Source: Schizochytrium sp. TIO01
Taxonomy: Eukaryota; Protista; Bigyra: Labyrinthulomycetes
Assembly (NCBI GenBank): GCA_004764695.1
Contig: SMSO01000031.1
Coordinates: 3,634,436 to 3,698,435, forward strand
DNA length: 64,000 nt
Direction: 5' to 3'
A model generated the notes under the pieces. That model was not told the DNA's origin. It was given only the letters and a program-made list of their open reading frames with translations, and ran no database searches. Position numbers and translations under genes: made by a program. Shown piece after piece: positions 43,693-55,954 of this stretch; position 1 is the stretch's first letter, and each line of letters starts with the position of its first letter.

Positions 43693-43770
43693 TATCTCAT
43701 TTTTAAAACCAAATTCAAATAAATAACTTTCAATAACTTTCATTAACTTTCAATAACTACTTTCTCTAAT

Positions 43771-43922
43771 TAACTAACTAACTAGCTAGCTAACTAACTA
43801 ACTAACGAGCTAAATAATTTTTTACTGTCCTAATAATCTTCCATTTTAAAAGTTTATATTTTCTTTTTTCAAAGGGCATAATAGGTCAGAAACTCATGAG
43901 ACTGACTGACTGACTGACTGAC
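43771..43922. repeat. (CTAA/CTAG)n tract (43771-43806) and (GACT)n tract (43900-43922)
   Basis: Directly visible short tetranucleotide tracts. Confidence 0.85.
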
Positions 43923-44466
43923 GGCAATTCTCGCGAGGCGAGCGAAGGAGGAGCTCCTTCTCGCGTGGCGCAGCTCCTGCTCTCTCCCCGAGGGTCCATA
44001 TTCGGACGCGCCGTCGCTGCTGCCTCCTTCGCCTGCCGCTTCTCTGCTTTCTCTGCCCTGCCGCGCAGCTCCTCCCGAGGGAAAACGGATGACGATGGAC
44101 TCTCTCTCTGTCTCTTCAAGCCCCATCCACATTACGTGGTAGCTGGCTGGCTAGCCATAACGCTAGCACCTCCATGCATATACACATACATACATGTAAT
44201 ACATAATGCATATCATCAACAATACACATACATACATATATACATTCATTTATTCACATATATGGAGAGAGAGAGAGAGACACTCTTAAAGTTCATGCGG
44301 ACCTTCAGTTTATGGAAAGAGATCGATACATACAGACCGTCGTAAGTTCGGGTTGCGAAGGCGATGCTTTCTTTCGCTCCTCCGGCTCCCGCAGAGGTCA
44401 CTCAGGGCCTTGATCTTTGACAAGTCGCTGCTGCACATCATAACCATAACGCGGCAGATTGTATTG

Positions 44467-44648
44467 ATTCGTTCGTTCGTTCATTCATTCATTCATTCAT
44501 CCATTTGTGTGCTATATGTATATGATATGCATATGTATGTATATGGATGTATATGTATAAATGTATGTATAAATGTATGTATAAATGTATGTATAAATGT
44601 ATGTATATGGATGTATATGTATAAATGTATGTATAAATGTATGTATGT
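44467..44648. repeat. (TTCG)/(TTCA)n tract followed by a 12-mer minisatellite (GTATAAATGTAT)n
   Basis: Directly visible; about 6 copies of the 12-mer with one interruption. Confidence 0.9.
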
Positions 44649-45434
44649 AAGCACAGAATCGACCAATGCAGATATCGATGAATGTCCTGTGGAGCTGGAG
44701 TTGCGTTTCCGTGAGGGAGGGGGAGGCTGCTCTCAGACGGCCTGGATATGGGCTTTGGAGCAGATCGACAGGGCCAGGACAGTTGGTTTTCAGGTTCATT
44801 TTCAAGGAAGGCTAAGTTGAGAAAGGTAAAGAGCTTAACTTACGTTAAATTCAATGAAAGCTTTGAAAGAAATCGATTGTAGAATGAATGAAAGATTGAA
44901 ACTAAAACTAAATTCAAAAGGAATGTGGTGTGCCCATAAGAAGATGAATCAATCAACGACCCCTAAGTAGCCGCTAAGGGGGTCGTAGTCAACTTCGCCG
45001 CTCCGCTCTTTCAAGTCCTTCGCACGCCAGTTCATTTAGTTTCACTAACAATATGGAGAAAGAAGCAAACTAAGTACTTTAAAGTTCACTCACTCATTCA
45101 TTTAAGCATTTCTTCTTAGAGGCTTTTCAAACTTACCTCCTACGGGTTGCTATGCACATGCTATGCCACATGGAGAAAAACTTTCTGACCTCTCGATAGT
45201 ACGGGAGCGACTACCGATAAAGGTAGCACTGGTGGTTGTGTGATTTTCTTTTTACTGGTGCCTCTGAGGGCGCTTTCAAAGGCGTGGACTTCTTGAAAGG
45301 GGGCGCAAGTGGGGTATAGCGCGCCCTGCAAGTAAAGAATGGGGGCACTACAGTAGAGTATCCGGGGCCACAGTGGGTTATCCGGGACCGCACACACGGA
45401 GGGGAGAGCAACGAAGCACGCATAAGCAGTCACT

Positions 45435-45472
45435 AACAGACAGAAGACAGACAGACAGACAGACAGACAGAC
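45435..45472. repeat. (ACAG)n microsatellite
   Basis: Directly visible. Confidence 0.9.
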
Positions 45473-46020
45473 TAAAATGCAGACAGACGGCCTTCGAGGT
45501 CGGAGGCGCAGGCACAGCGTCGCAGAGGCCGACTCGTGCCCGAGGAGAACCAGGCCAAGGGCACGCGTACAGCGAAGGCCACGCGTAAGCAAGCGAGAGT
45601 GAGCGCTATCCACTGTTTTCGTACAGATTTATTATTATTATAATTATTAAATTAAATTAAATTAAAGTAAATTAATAAATTCAAAGAATAAATAAAAACT
45701 AAAAAAGAGAGTCACCACCGTCGATTAAAAATGTCCTTCCCTCATTCACTGCTCCTTGTGCCTTTATTTAGGTTGTTTTATTTTGAATTAAAAACATTAT
45801 TTTATTATTTTGAAAACGTTATTATTTTTATTACTATTTTTAAAGAAACTAATCTAGCAAAACTACAGTATAGTGGGAAGGAAAAAAGAAAAAAAAAAAA
45901 AGAGGAAGAGGGGCTACTACTTAATTGTAGGCCTAGCCGTGTTAGCATAATGGCTAGGTAGCATTTATTTCCTGTTCTATCTTCTTTTCACTAACAATAA
46001 AAGTAACAATAAGTGAAGGG

Positions 46021-46093
46021 AATGCAATGCAATAAGTGAAAGGAATGCAATGTAATGCAATGCAATGCAATGCAATGTAATGCAATGTAATGC
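46021..46093. repeat. (AATGC/AATGT)n pentanucleotide repeat
   Basis: Directly visible. Confidence 0.9.
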
Positions 46094-46199
46094 GATTCAA
46101 TGTAGCGGAATCGATGCCTTCCCTTAGGCCTCGCGCTGCCTCCAAGAGGCTAGGCGCACTGTGCAGATGCAGGAAGGAAAGTCTAGCGTCAGTGCCGTG

Positions 46200-46660
46200 A
46201 AAGCGGGCCGGTTTCGGGAGGTTGACCTCGATGCGTCAACGAATTGCACTCCGTTTTAGGCAGTCCCACACGCTTTCGGAAAGGAGGCATTCAGGCTGTA
46301 CTGGCGGAGCGCTAGATCCCAGTTATGGTTTACGTTAGGACTCCCTTGGCGGTGGGTGGCAGCGAGCAATTCGCCTACTTCCCGTGGATTTGTTGATGAT
46401 ATGTTGTTGCCATTGGTGGCCTTCAAGTTTGCGATTCCCAAGTCCTTCTTGAGTCTCGACCAACACATGAGGTTGAAGAACTAAGTGAGGGCGGCGACCG
46501 ACCTCAAGTGAGGATAACGCCAGTTGTCCAGTATGCCAAGTCTCCGTTGATGGCGATATTGAGGTGAATCTCGAGGTTGATCTTGGCTCGCGCTCCTTGA
46601 AGAGGTCAATATCCACGAGCTCCTCGATTTTGCGAGGAAAACAAGTATGTAGAAGGATGT
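46200..46660 (-). pseudogene. Probable decayed coding fragment of unknown identity
   Basis: Coding-like C/G-ending codons that switch frame several times (KIEELVDIDLFKERE / KINLEIHLNIAINGDLAYWTTGVILT / VAALT*FFNL...), with stops. Boundaries approximate. Confidence 0.35.
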
Positions 46661-48570
46661 GTTCACGCGAAGCTTGCTTCTTCTTCGTTGAAAGGGATGC
46701 AATTGCAGACAATGACAGTGTCAGAAGAAAGAACAACCGACCCTTTGTGGACGATGCATCGTGAGTCTTCAGCTTTGATCGTTTGCGCTTCACGAGAAAG
46801 AAACAAACAAGCACTCCTGTAGAAAATGTGAGCTTGTACCTCTAGAGGTATCCACTAGTTCTGTTTTTCTGTCGAAGTCATAAGGTTATTCATCTTCGAT
46901 CAACATTGCGATGTCGTCTAAAGCCGTGGCCAAGAACACACTCCTTTTTCTAATACCCTTTTGGGAAAGGCCACCAACTGCTAGTACAGCTCCACGAACA
47001 CGAACACGAACACGACTACGAGCACGAGCAAGCAGATCCGGATTCTCCACTTCACTTGCTATCATAGGTTAGAGTCCACCACCAATAAATAATTATAATT
47101 TTACCTTTTTCCTTTTTATGAATTCTAAAGTAATGGAACAACAAACTAGAAACTCAGGCAAACCCTGGTTGTCTTGACTGTCCACGGTTATATTCTGAAA
47201 GTTTGGGTCGTGGATCGTGATGGCACCGTCCAAAGGATGGTGATGTGGATAATTCTACCTAGGTAGCACGTGCTCTGCCTGCTTTTGTTTCTAAAACTAA
47301 AAAGCACACGCGCAGGATTGATGACGCCAGAATTGAAAGTCTACAATCGAAAACGATGTTGTATCCGCTCTGTAATTGATGTTAACTTAGTGCTAATAGG
47401 CGGCTCTTTTCCTCCCTTTGACTCCTTTCCGTCTTCTGTTCTCGGGCCACTCCCGCGAGTGCTTTTGAGAATGAGCTCACCTGTTTTAGTTTTTAGGTAA
47501 TAACATTAATCATGCATCGCAAGACGGCTATTAAGACCGACATCCATCCAGGTGCCCGTTATCAGCGCAGGTGATTCATAGAGATCTTCTTTAAAACTTT
47601 CTCGACTGCGTGTGCGATGACCTCCGTCTTTGACTCAGGTACCTAATGATTGCTCAAACGTTGATTGATTCGATTCAGGGCAATCTGGAACTGGCTGTCA
47701 GTCCGAAGGTGGTGGTGCTGGATGGAGGCCTTATAATAGGCCACCTGAAAGCACAGCAGAGAACTATACTGGTAATGGCGACAACAACAGAATCTGTAGC
47801 ACTGCACTTCACCACGACACGAATTGAGTTGCAAAGTGATAGTGCTACTTATTGAGGTGGTAGTGCCAGGCAGGTCCTATCTACGTAATCACCCTTGTAA
47901 TTGGTGCTAGTAGTAGCAGTTATAGTAGCTACTCCATGACTCTCTAGCAAGCTGATTGAGAAGTGACCAAGATATATGTGAGAAAATGTGTATTCGTTTT
48001 CAGAGCCTTGGAGTCTCAAGCATTGCCCTTAGGAAAGGAGTGATTGCATTGCTCGATGGCAAATGGTCAGCTTGTAGGATTATGTAATTTGTATGTTGCA
48101 GTGGTAGTGCAGTTTTGTAAGATCTCCTCAGCAGCGTAATCCCAAGTGGCTTTTCAAGAATTCCTTATAGTTCTTCGATGGTTCGAAGTGAGGAAAGAAC
48201 CTGCCGGAATTTCAACCACCATTGTTTCTTGATTCACGGCAAGAGGTCAGTGCTGCTAGTAGAGGTTGCTGATAGCAACTACCTACCCAAACCTTGCGAT
48301 TCCTCACAAAACAACCAACTTTGCTGACTGCCAAGCGAAAGAGATTTCTTTGCACTTGTGGTTCTTATTTTGAGCGGATATATTAGAAGGAAGCAAGATA
48401 AGATAGGATTGTTGGTTACTTCATATCGCTAACAGAATTGGGTAATTCAACGTCACAAACTTCACTCCAATGATCAAAGGAAAGCGTAAAATGTAATTAT
48501 AAAGCTTTATAGATTACTGCAATGCTGCTTCATGAAATACACATGTAAAGAAGGAATGACCTCCTCTAAG

Positions 48571-50583
48571 TTATTTACGAGAACGCTTAGGAGGCTCCAG
48601 AACCATCTCGTGAAGCGGGGAGCCACCGGGTACCATAGGCAACACAAAGACATCCTTGTCCACAAACACCTCAAGCACAACAGGGCCCTCGTACTCGAGG
48701 AACTTCTTCAAGGTCTCCTTGAGCTCAGACTGCTTGCTGCAGTACATGCCCTTTGCGCGCATGGCCTCAGCAAGATGGTCAAAACGAGGATTAAACATTG
48801 GGGTACCAGAGTGGCGCTCGTCGTAGAAGAGATCCTGCCACACCTTGACCATACCCTGGTAGTTGTTCTGGAGAATCAAAACCTTGACACCAACGTTGAA
48901 CTCGGCAGCAGTGATGAGCTCCATACCGGTCATCGAGTATGAGGCATCACCATCAACATCAATCACAATAGCGTCAGGCTTGGCAATCTTGGCACCGATG
49001 GCGGCAGGGAGACCGTATCCCATGGTACCAGCACCACCGGAAGAGATCCACTGACGGGGCTGGATCCAGGTCAAGAACTGAGCAGCCTGCATCTGGTGGC
49101 TACCAACACCGGTGGTGATGTAGACTTCGCGGCCGGAGTTCTCCTGGATCTCGAGGAGCTGCTTGTTGAGCTCGGTGAGAACCTGCTGGGGCTTGAGGAT
49201 TTCGTCATCGGTCTTGGCGGCATCGTAGATAAAGGGGTGCTTGGTCTTCCACTCGGAGATCTGGTCGAACCAAGGCTTGCGCTCCTTGAACTCAACATGC
49301 GGTGTAATATTGGCAAGGTTCTCCACGACGTCACCGAGGACAGCAACAGTGGGCTGCACAACCTTGTGAAGGTTCTTGGGGGAGATCTCAAAGTGCACAA
49401 TACCACCACGGCCTTCGCGCTCTGCGCGCTTAGCCTCAGGGGCAAATGCGTCTACACGTCCAGTAATACGGTCATCAAAACGTGCACCAAGAGCAAGGAT
49501 AAGATCGGCACTCTGCATGGAGTAGTTAGCGAAAGCAGATCCGTGCATACCAAGCATCTTGAGGGAAAGCGGGCTGCGCTCGTCAAATCCACCGAGACCC
49601 TGCATGGTGGTGGTGACGGGGATGTTTGCCTTCTCTGCGAGCTCCTTGAGCACGCCGGGTCCGTCGAGCTGGCTCTGCATGATACCCTGGCCAGCGTAGA
49701 TGACAGGGCGCTCGGCACGGTTGATCATCTCAGCGATAAGCTGGAAATCGGCAGTGCCCGGAGCTCCGATGCGCTCCTTGTGGAAGAGCTCCACCTTCTG
49801 CTTCTGGCGAACAGCTACGAGAGGTGTAGAGTCCGGAATCTCTCGAAGTACCACAGCGGTGACATCCTTGGGAAGGTCGACAAGCACAGGTCCAGGTCTT
49901 CCGCTGGTGGCGATTTCGAAGGCCTCGTTGATGCGTCTAGGGAGGTCTTTGACATCCTTGACCATAACGTTCCATTTGGTGCATGGCTGACTGATGCCGA
50001 TAATATCACACTCTTGAAACCCATCAGAACCTGCCACAGCTGTTGCGACCTGACCTGTGAACACGATGAGAGGGGTACCGTCCATGTAGGCGTCCATGAT
50101 GGGGGTGATGGTGTTTGTAGCACCTGGACCAGAGGTCACGAGCACGATACCGGGTTTGCCAGTGGCACGAGCGTAACCTTCGGCCATGTGGCCTGCGCCC
50201 TGCTCGTGGCGAGCAAGGATGAACTTGAAAGCATCGCTTTCATAGATAGCATCAAAAACTGGCAAAATAGCACCACCGGGGTATCCAAAGATCGTGTCAA
50301 CGTTATGATCCTGCATGAGTTCATGGAAAATCTCAGCACCTGTAAGACCAACAAATCGCGCGTCATCAGATGCTGCTTGCACAGTCGCAGCTGACCTTGC
50401 CAGCGAGCTTTGTGCCCTTACGTTTGTATCTTTAAATCCAACTTGACTGCTGCTTGAAGTCGAGTTGACCGAATTGTTTATAGTTGTGCTTGAAGATGAT
50501 GCACGCAAAATCTTCTTTGTGTGGCGTCCAGCCAGCATAGCTGGACTTCTTGCTAAACGCCTAGAGGTTGGAGTCAACAACAT
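48571..50583 (-). CDS. ALS: Acetolactate synthase (AHAS) catalytic subunit, copy 2, with altered inhibitor-binding loop (670 aa)
   Basis: Same catalytic motifs as copy 1, intact frame, different presequence (MLLTPTSRRLARSPAMLAGR; ATG 50583). Loop reads GQVATAVAGSDGFQECDIIGISQP; also RFDDRITG and PMVPGG. Confidence 0.96.
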   Translation of the reverse strand: MLLTPTSRRLARSPAMLAGRHTKKILRASSSSTTINNSVNSTSSSSQVGFKDTNVRAQSSLARSAATVQAASDDARFVGLTGAEIFHELMQDHNVDTIFGYPGGAILPVFDAIYESDAFKFILARHEQGAGHMAEGYARATGKPGIVLVTSGPGATNTITPIMDAYMDGTPLIVFTGQVATAVAGSDGFQECDIIGISQPCTKWNVMVKDVKDLPRRINEAFEIATSGRPGPVLVDLPKDVTAVVLREIPDSTPLVAVRQKQKVELFHKERIGAPGTADFQLIAEMINRAERPVIYAGQGIMQSQLDGPGVLKELAEKANIPVTTTMQGLGGFDERSPLSLKMLGMHGSAFANYSMQSADLILALGARFDDRITGRVDAFAPEAKRAEREGRGGIVHFEISPKNLHKVVQPTVAVLGDVVENLANITPHVEFKERKPWFDQISEWKTKHPFIYDAAKTDDEILKPQQVLTELNKQLLEIQENSGREVYITTGVGSHQMQAAQFLTWIQPRQWISSGGAGTMGYGLPAAIGAKIAKPDAIVIDVDGDASYSMTGMELITAAEFNVGVKVLILQNNYQGMVKVWQDLFYDERHSGTPMFNPRFDHLAEAMRAKGMYCSKQSELKETLKKFLEYEGPVVLEVFVDKDVFVLPMVPGGSPLHEMVLEPPKRSRK

Positions 50584-51897
50584 TTCTATCGATTGTAAAA
50601 TCCAGTAAAGGATATCACAATAAGACCACAGCACCGTTCCTCGAAAAGCTTACCGCTTACCAAGATCTTCGCGTTTGAGTATTCAGGTTTTGCCTCTCAC
50701 TTGAACAATGATTTATATTTCTTGCCATCCTGATAACCTGTATTAGTGTAGTATTATGTGCATTTTATTCAATCCTGTTTTGATTGGGCAATCACTCTTT
50801 GCAGGTTCCTGTCCTTTCTTGCCTCCCCCCGTAATACCTGTAATACCTCAGGGCAATGTTCTTGGCACGCCGCTAAAGTTAGTTCCCCGCGTTACCTCAC
50901 GTTACATATATGAAGAGCACTCCTTTGGATTCTGAAAGAACCTATCTGTTGCCGTAGTTGAGAACGGGTCGCATCGAGGTTAGCTCGATACTCGAAGTTT
51001 CTGCCGCGTTCCAGGCGAGCGACGCTGCTCTTAAACACTGGAAATCAATGTACAGAGCGACTCCTTGAATACTAAAGTTTAGTATTTGCCAAGTGAATGA
51101 GTAATTCTTGCTCGTGACCTCAAGTCTACCTGGGCTCAGAACTAGACCATAAAACGACTTACGTTTCATAACCTCACGTTTCATGTATAGAGGTTTCAAA
51201 ATGAGGTTTCATAAATGCCTTTCAGTTTAAGTAGGTTATAAATTTGGTGGTTTCGAAATCAAGGAGTTGATAACTATTAGCAGTATAAGGAACAGGGAAT
51301 CTTATGTTAGTGCAACAAAACGATGGATAGATAGATATATTACGTAAACGACGGTTCTCCTAAGCTGAACTAGGGTCCATTGTCGAGCAAGTTTCTGCTA
51401 TTGTCTATGGGTATCTCCGGATACGAGCCTAACTGATTCATGTTAATAATTTGTATTAAATGAGTTAGCGCAGGTTGAGCCCGTCTTGGCAGCCTCTGGA
51501 GGTAAGAATCATGATGATTGTTTTTAATTGTAGCGTTTGAGCATATTCTTCTGAGTCCTGTTCAAGGAATCATCACCACCGAAAGCCTAAGTTGGACCTT
51601 CGATCGTGCCACAGTCCATGTCGTTGGTTGCTGACAGATCATCATGCCAACCCAAGAAATCGTCGACCCTTGTAATGTAGTGGACTGGGAAGTAGGTGTT
51701 AGAGTAAGCTTTAGCTATAACGCTATCGACTGCTTGAGAAATAATGCAAAAAGTGAAAGAAAACAAAATTTTGATCGTCACAGAAAAAGCGCATCCTTGC
51801 AAGCAGGAATTGCGTAAAGTAGGTACCGACGTACTATTCTGCGCACCAAACCTTAAACCCGGGAAGAAGCGGGGTCGAGGGCATCAGCAATAGCACG

Positions 51898-53192
51898 ATG
51901 TCAAACGTTTGTGTCAGCCCACGACCAGGCTTTGTGGAGAAGGAGGCGACGGGAACGGGTCTGGACCCTCTTGGCCAGAATGGCCGTGAAGCTGTTGAAG
52001 GTGGCGTTGACGCAGACCCTGAGGATGACGAGGAGATCGAGGAGATTTATGGCCTCGAACAGCCTATAAAGCGTGGAAACTCTATCGTGGTGGGTCATAG
52101 AGGTTACAGTGCCGAGTATCCTGAAAACACTTGTCTTGCCTTTCGCAAGGCACTCGAAGCTGGAGCTGCGGTGGTCGAATGTGATGTCCAGATGTGTAAA
52201 ACAGGGTAAGTCCTCTTTCTCTAACTTTACTATTTCTAGTTATAAAACTTTATTTGAGCTTGGGAGTTCCATTGCATCTTCTCGCTGCAACCATAATCAC
52301 CACAATCTACAACTGGGAACTAACATGGAGAACTGAGTGTTTGTGTGAAAAAATGTATCTCGGTGCGGGTGCCTGGCTGGACATGGCATATGGTATGGTC
52401 TGACTTGGAGTATAAAGGGAGGTAATCATAATGCATGACAACACTGTGGATCGAACGACAAATGGCAGCGGCAAGATCCCGCACATGACCCTTGACGAAA
52501 TCAAGTCTCTGGATGCAGGTATTAAGAAAGGAGACAAGTTCCGAGGTGAGCAAGTGCCTCTTTTGTCTGAAGCACTAGAGATTTTCGCCGGTCGAGATGA
52601 TGACGCAAAGTTTCTCATTGAGCTCAAGTTTTTGATTACATGGGCTGGGCCAACACCATATAACGGGCTTGCGGAGGCAGTAGTTGAGATTGTTAAGGAC
52701 GCAGGGGCTGAGAATAAGGTCATCGTACACTCCTTCATTGACACATACTTATTCACTATTAAACAGCTTGCCCCAGAGATCGAATGCCATTTGTTGTGTT
52801 TTCCCTGGCGCTGGACCTCTCAACTCTTGCAGATTGATTATGTCGATGGTTTCAGTCCAAATGTGCATTACGTTTCCCCAACTTTTGTCAAACGCGTACA
52901 TGAGAGTGGGCGCAAGGTGTTCTGTTGGACAGTAAATGACAGTGACCACATGAGATACTGTGCAAGAATTGGAGTGGATGGAATCATCTCTGATCGAGTC
53001 GATGATGTCCGTGAAGTTCTCGCAGAAGAACTGACTCGAGAGATGACGCAGGAGCTAATGAATTGGAGACCGGCCAAGTCCTGGAAACTTTTTCTAGGCA
53101 ATTACCTCGTTCTCTGGCCGATTTCCTGGTTCAGTGGGTTTTATGCTTATTTTCTCAAACCCAAGCGATCCTTACCCACTGTCGTGCTGTAA
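51898..53192 (+). CDS. Glycerophosphodiester phosphodiesterase (GDPD), two exons: join(51898..52205,52418..53192)
   Basis: Exon 1 has VVGHRG...PENT..AF..A...VECDV; donor GTAAGT at 52206; branch-like CTGAC at 52400-52404; acceptor AAG ending 52417. Splicing restores [23 protein letters not shown], then [21 protein letters not shown]. Hydrophobic C-terminal segment. Confidence 0.93.
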
Positions 53193-54325
53193 AGATAGGA
53201 TAGCTTGGTTTCAGCATGTAAGCCAAAAAAAATTCTTTGAGGCAAGGAAAAAACCATGACTATATTCATTTCACCAGACATATTTTGAACTTCCTTGTAT
53301 CGTTCTAGTAGTTACAGTGGATACTCGACCCCTCACATCAGATTGTCTTAATTCTGTCTCATCTGCTTTTAGGATTGTTGCTATACCGACAAAGATTGTC
53401 TCTCAAGTACCTTTTCCTATTCTTTTAGTTACCTGTAGTAGTCTTTCATAACAACACACATTATTTCTGTCAATAATTGTGAAATTTCATTTAATTTTGT
53501 TTAGCCTCTTTGAATTGTAACAGCTGATACATGTCCTTTTTCGGGTTGTCAAGCCTGCTCTATTATTTTTAATTCGCCAAATTTTAGTGCAAGCTTTCAT
53601 GCCGATTGTTAATCGCAAAACAAGATTGCCCGTTGCCTTTATTCTACCTTATTACAATATTACTTATGACTCGCAGTCCCAGTCTATCCAATTCTTTCAC
53701 GGGCCGAACCGAATCGAATTGACCCCAACATTATGTGTCAAGGAATCTGTCTCTGTGCCATACACCAAATGCTGCCATTCTCCATGGCCCTATTTTTTTC
53801 TGTACTCAAAAGTACTAATAAACTGTCACAATCTAAATAAACAGATAAGTGCAAACATTAAGCGGTAGGTGAAGCAAATCCTTTTGCCCTTCCCCTCGCC
53901 GCACGGCGGCGTCCTAGTGGTTGATTGAGCAAGCGGGTGCATTGGGGCACTCTCTACTTGCCGATCTACCGCGAGGAAAGGCTGCACCGTGCCTTTCAAA
54001 GCAAACTTTCTTTTACTCGCTAGATTAGCTCAACCATCGTTGGTACCCTTTTATCCATCCCTTCTTCTTCTTGCAGACAGGGCTCCCAGCACTCCGGCCG
54101 CAAGGGACAAAGGTCTCGGTGCGGCGTCTATTCTGCAGGATATTGTTATCATTGGTGTTCTTGCGTATTTGTGCAGAGATTAACTTAGTTTACGAGAGGC
54201 GTCTACAGATTGAGGTTACTTCTTTTTGTCGATATCTCACTTACCCTCTCAAATCTGCACTCTCCAAATCCCCAAACCAACTTCAGATTTACCTAGGTAC
54301 CTAAAAGATCTCGTTTTAGGCAATC

Positions 54326-55954
54326 ATGGGTGATGTGGCAGATATTTTGGGCTTGGCCAAAGGTGGCTCTGGCGCTAATGGTGGTGGCAGCCGACCCAAA
54401 GGCAACACTGCGAAGCGCCCCGATGGCATGAGCAAGGAGGTCTTTGCCCTGCTAGCGAATGGCACAGAATTGCCTCCGTTAATGCCGAGCTCAAGCAATG
54501 CTGCCGAAATTTATAAACTTTTCGCTAAACAACCTGCTGTAAAGTGGACTTGGAAAGCCTTTAGCAGCTCTGCTCGCAGAGACAATTTGCAGCTGCATCA
54601 TTGGCAACGCGAGGCAGCAGAAGAGAGCGACTACGCGTTTGCGAGATTTAACCGCAGGAGCGCTACTGTATCCTACTCACCCGAGGAATATGAGGCTCTT
54701 GTGGCTCCTACTGAAGACGTTAGCGGGTGGACTCGGGAGGAAACCAATACGCTCTTCAGACTTTGCGCAGAGTATGACCTTCGCTGGCATGTTATTGAAG
54801 ATCGCTGGCCTCTCCCCAAGTCGCGTAGCGTCATTGAAATGAAAGCTCGATACTATACAGTGGCAAAGCTTGTGGTGCAAACCCGTAGGAGCAAGAAGGC
54901 CTCGAAAGCAGTCGCAGCTGCGGCAGCGTATGCTGTGGCTGCTGCCGCCGCCGCTGCCGCAGACTCGGCCGAGACCGGCAAGACAAACGTTGAGAGACCT
55001 GAACTTAGTGCTGAAGCGCTGGACGCTGTTATGGGCCGCGTGGAAGAGTCCACTGCTACAGTAAGCGCCAAAGCAATCGCCCAAACAGAAAATGCACTCT
55101 TGGAATATACTTACGATGAGGCTTATGATATCAAGCGCTATAAGCAGCTGCAAGTACTCTTCTCACGAACCTTGGAGGATGAAAAGGAAGAGATATCTCT
55201 CATAAACGAAGTACGGCGTATTGATACACAGCTTCGGCGCTTGCAAAAGGACCAGCCTCGTATTACAACTTCAAGCAAACGTAAAAACAAGATCAAGGGT
55301 CCTCCCATGTTGCATCAGTTTCCGCCAACACTCGTCGATAAACTTCTAAACAATCCCGCAGCACTAGAAAAGGAGACGAAAAATAAAAAGCCAGGTGTTT
55401 ACCTTCGAAGCGAGGAATTTTTAACTCCGTTATCTAGCACGGGTATTGGACCGCGTTTACAATCCAAGATGGATGATGTTTTGAACGAGCTGAATGTACC
55501 TCTGCGACCAGTGCCAACTATTGCTGTTTGCCAGGCGTACAACAAGATTCGTCAAGATATCCTTAAACTTTTGGCACTTCAAAGTAAACTTCACGAGCAA
55601 AATAGTCTAGCCCGTAAGCTTCAAGGCTTATCTACTGCTCCGCGTGCAAGCTCCTCCAAGGCTGCTCGGAACAACAAACGGAAATCCAGCGTGACAGCTT
55701 CTTCAACAGCCTCTTTACCGTCTCCTAGCCCTCCTGCATCCTCTGCTTACCCGGAAAGTGTCCCCCCGCCAGCAGCAACTACTCCAACTCCTAGCGATGC
55801 ACCGGCTCGTACAAGTGGTCGTAAGCGCCAGCCTTCGCAGGTTGTAGCAGAAGAGATGGCTTCAGCTTCCTCAGTAAAGTCAGAGCCAGGAAAACGCAAG
55901 TCCACAAGCGGAAGTGTAGCTGGTGCTCGAAACAAAAAGTCAAAAACGTCATGA
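54326..55954 (+). CDS. DMAP1: DNA methyltransferase 1-associated protein 1 / SWR1-NuA4 subunit SWC4 (EAF2) (542 aa)
   Basis: MGDVADILGL, KRPDGMSKEVFALL, WTWKAFSSSARRDNLQLHHW, DYAFARFN, SANT domain WTREETNTLFRLCAEYDLRWHVIEDRW..RSVIEMKARYY, GVYLRS, PTIAVCQAYNKIR. Confidence 0.93.
   Translation: MGDVADILGLAKGGSGANGGGSRPKGNTAKRPDGMSKEVFALLANGTELPPLMPSSSNAAEIYKLFAKQPAVKWTWKAFSSSARRDNLQLHHWQREAAEESDYAFARFNRRSATVSYSPEEYEALVAPTEDVSGWTREETNTLFRLCAEYDLRWHVIEDRWPLPKSRSVIEMKARYYTVAKLVVQTRRSKKASKAVAAAAAYAVAAAAAAAADSAETGKTNVERPELSAEALDAVMGRVEESTATVSAKAIAQTENALLEYTYDEAYDIKRYKQLQVLFSRTLEDEKEEISLINEVRRIDTQLRRLQKDQPRITTSSKRKNKIKGPPMLHQFPPTLVDKLLNNPAALEKETKNKKPGVYLRSEEFLTPLSSTGIGPRLQSKMDDVLNELNVPLRPVPTIAVCQAYNKIRQDILKLLALQSKLHEQNSLARKLQGLSTAPRASSSKAARNNKRKSSVTASSTASLPSPSPPASSAYPESVPPPAATTPTPSDAPARTSGRKRQPSQVVAEEMASASSVKSEPGKRKSTSGSVAGARNKKSKTS

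Noticed and set aside
44956-44986. Hairpin ACGACCCC-N15-GGGGTCGT
   Set aside because: An 8-bp stem alone, with no tRNA, snoRNA or terminal-repeat context; could arise by chance.
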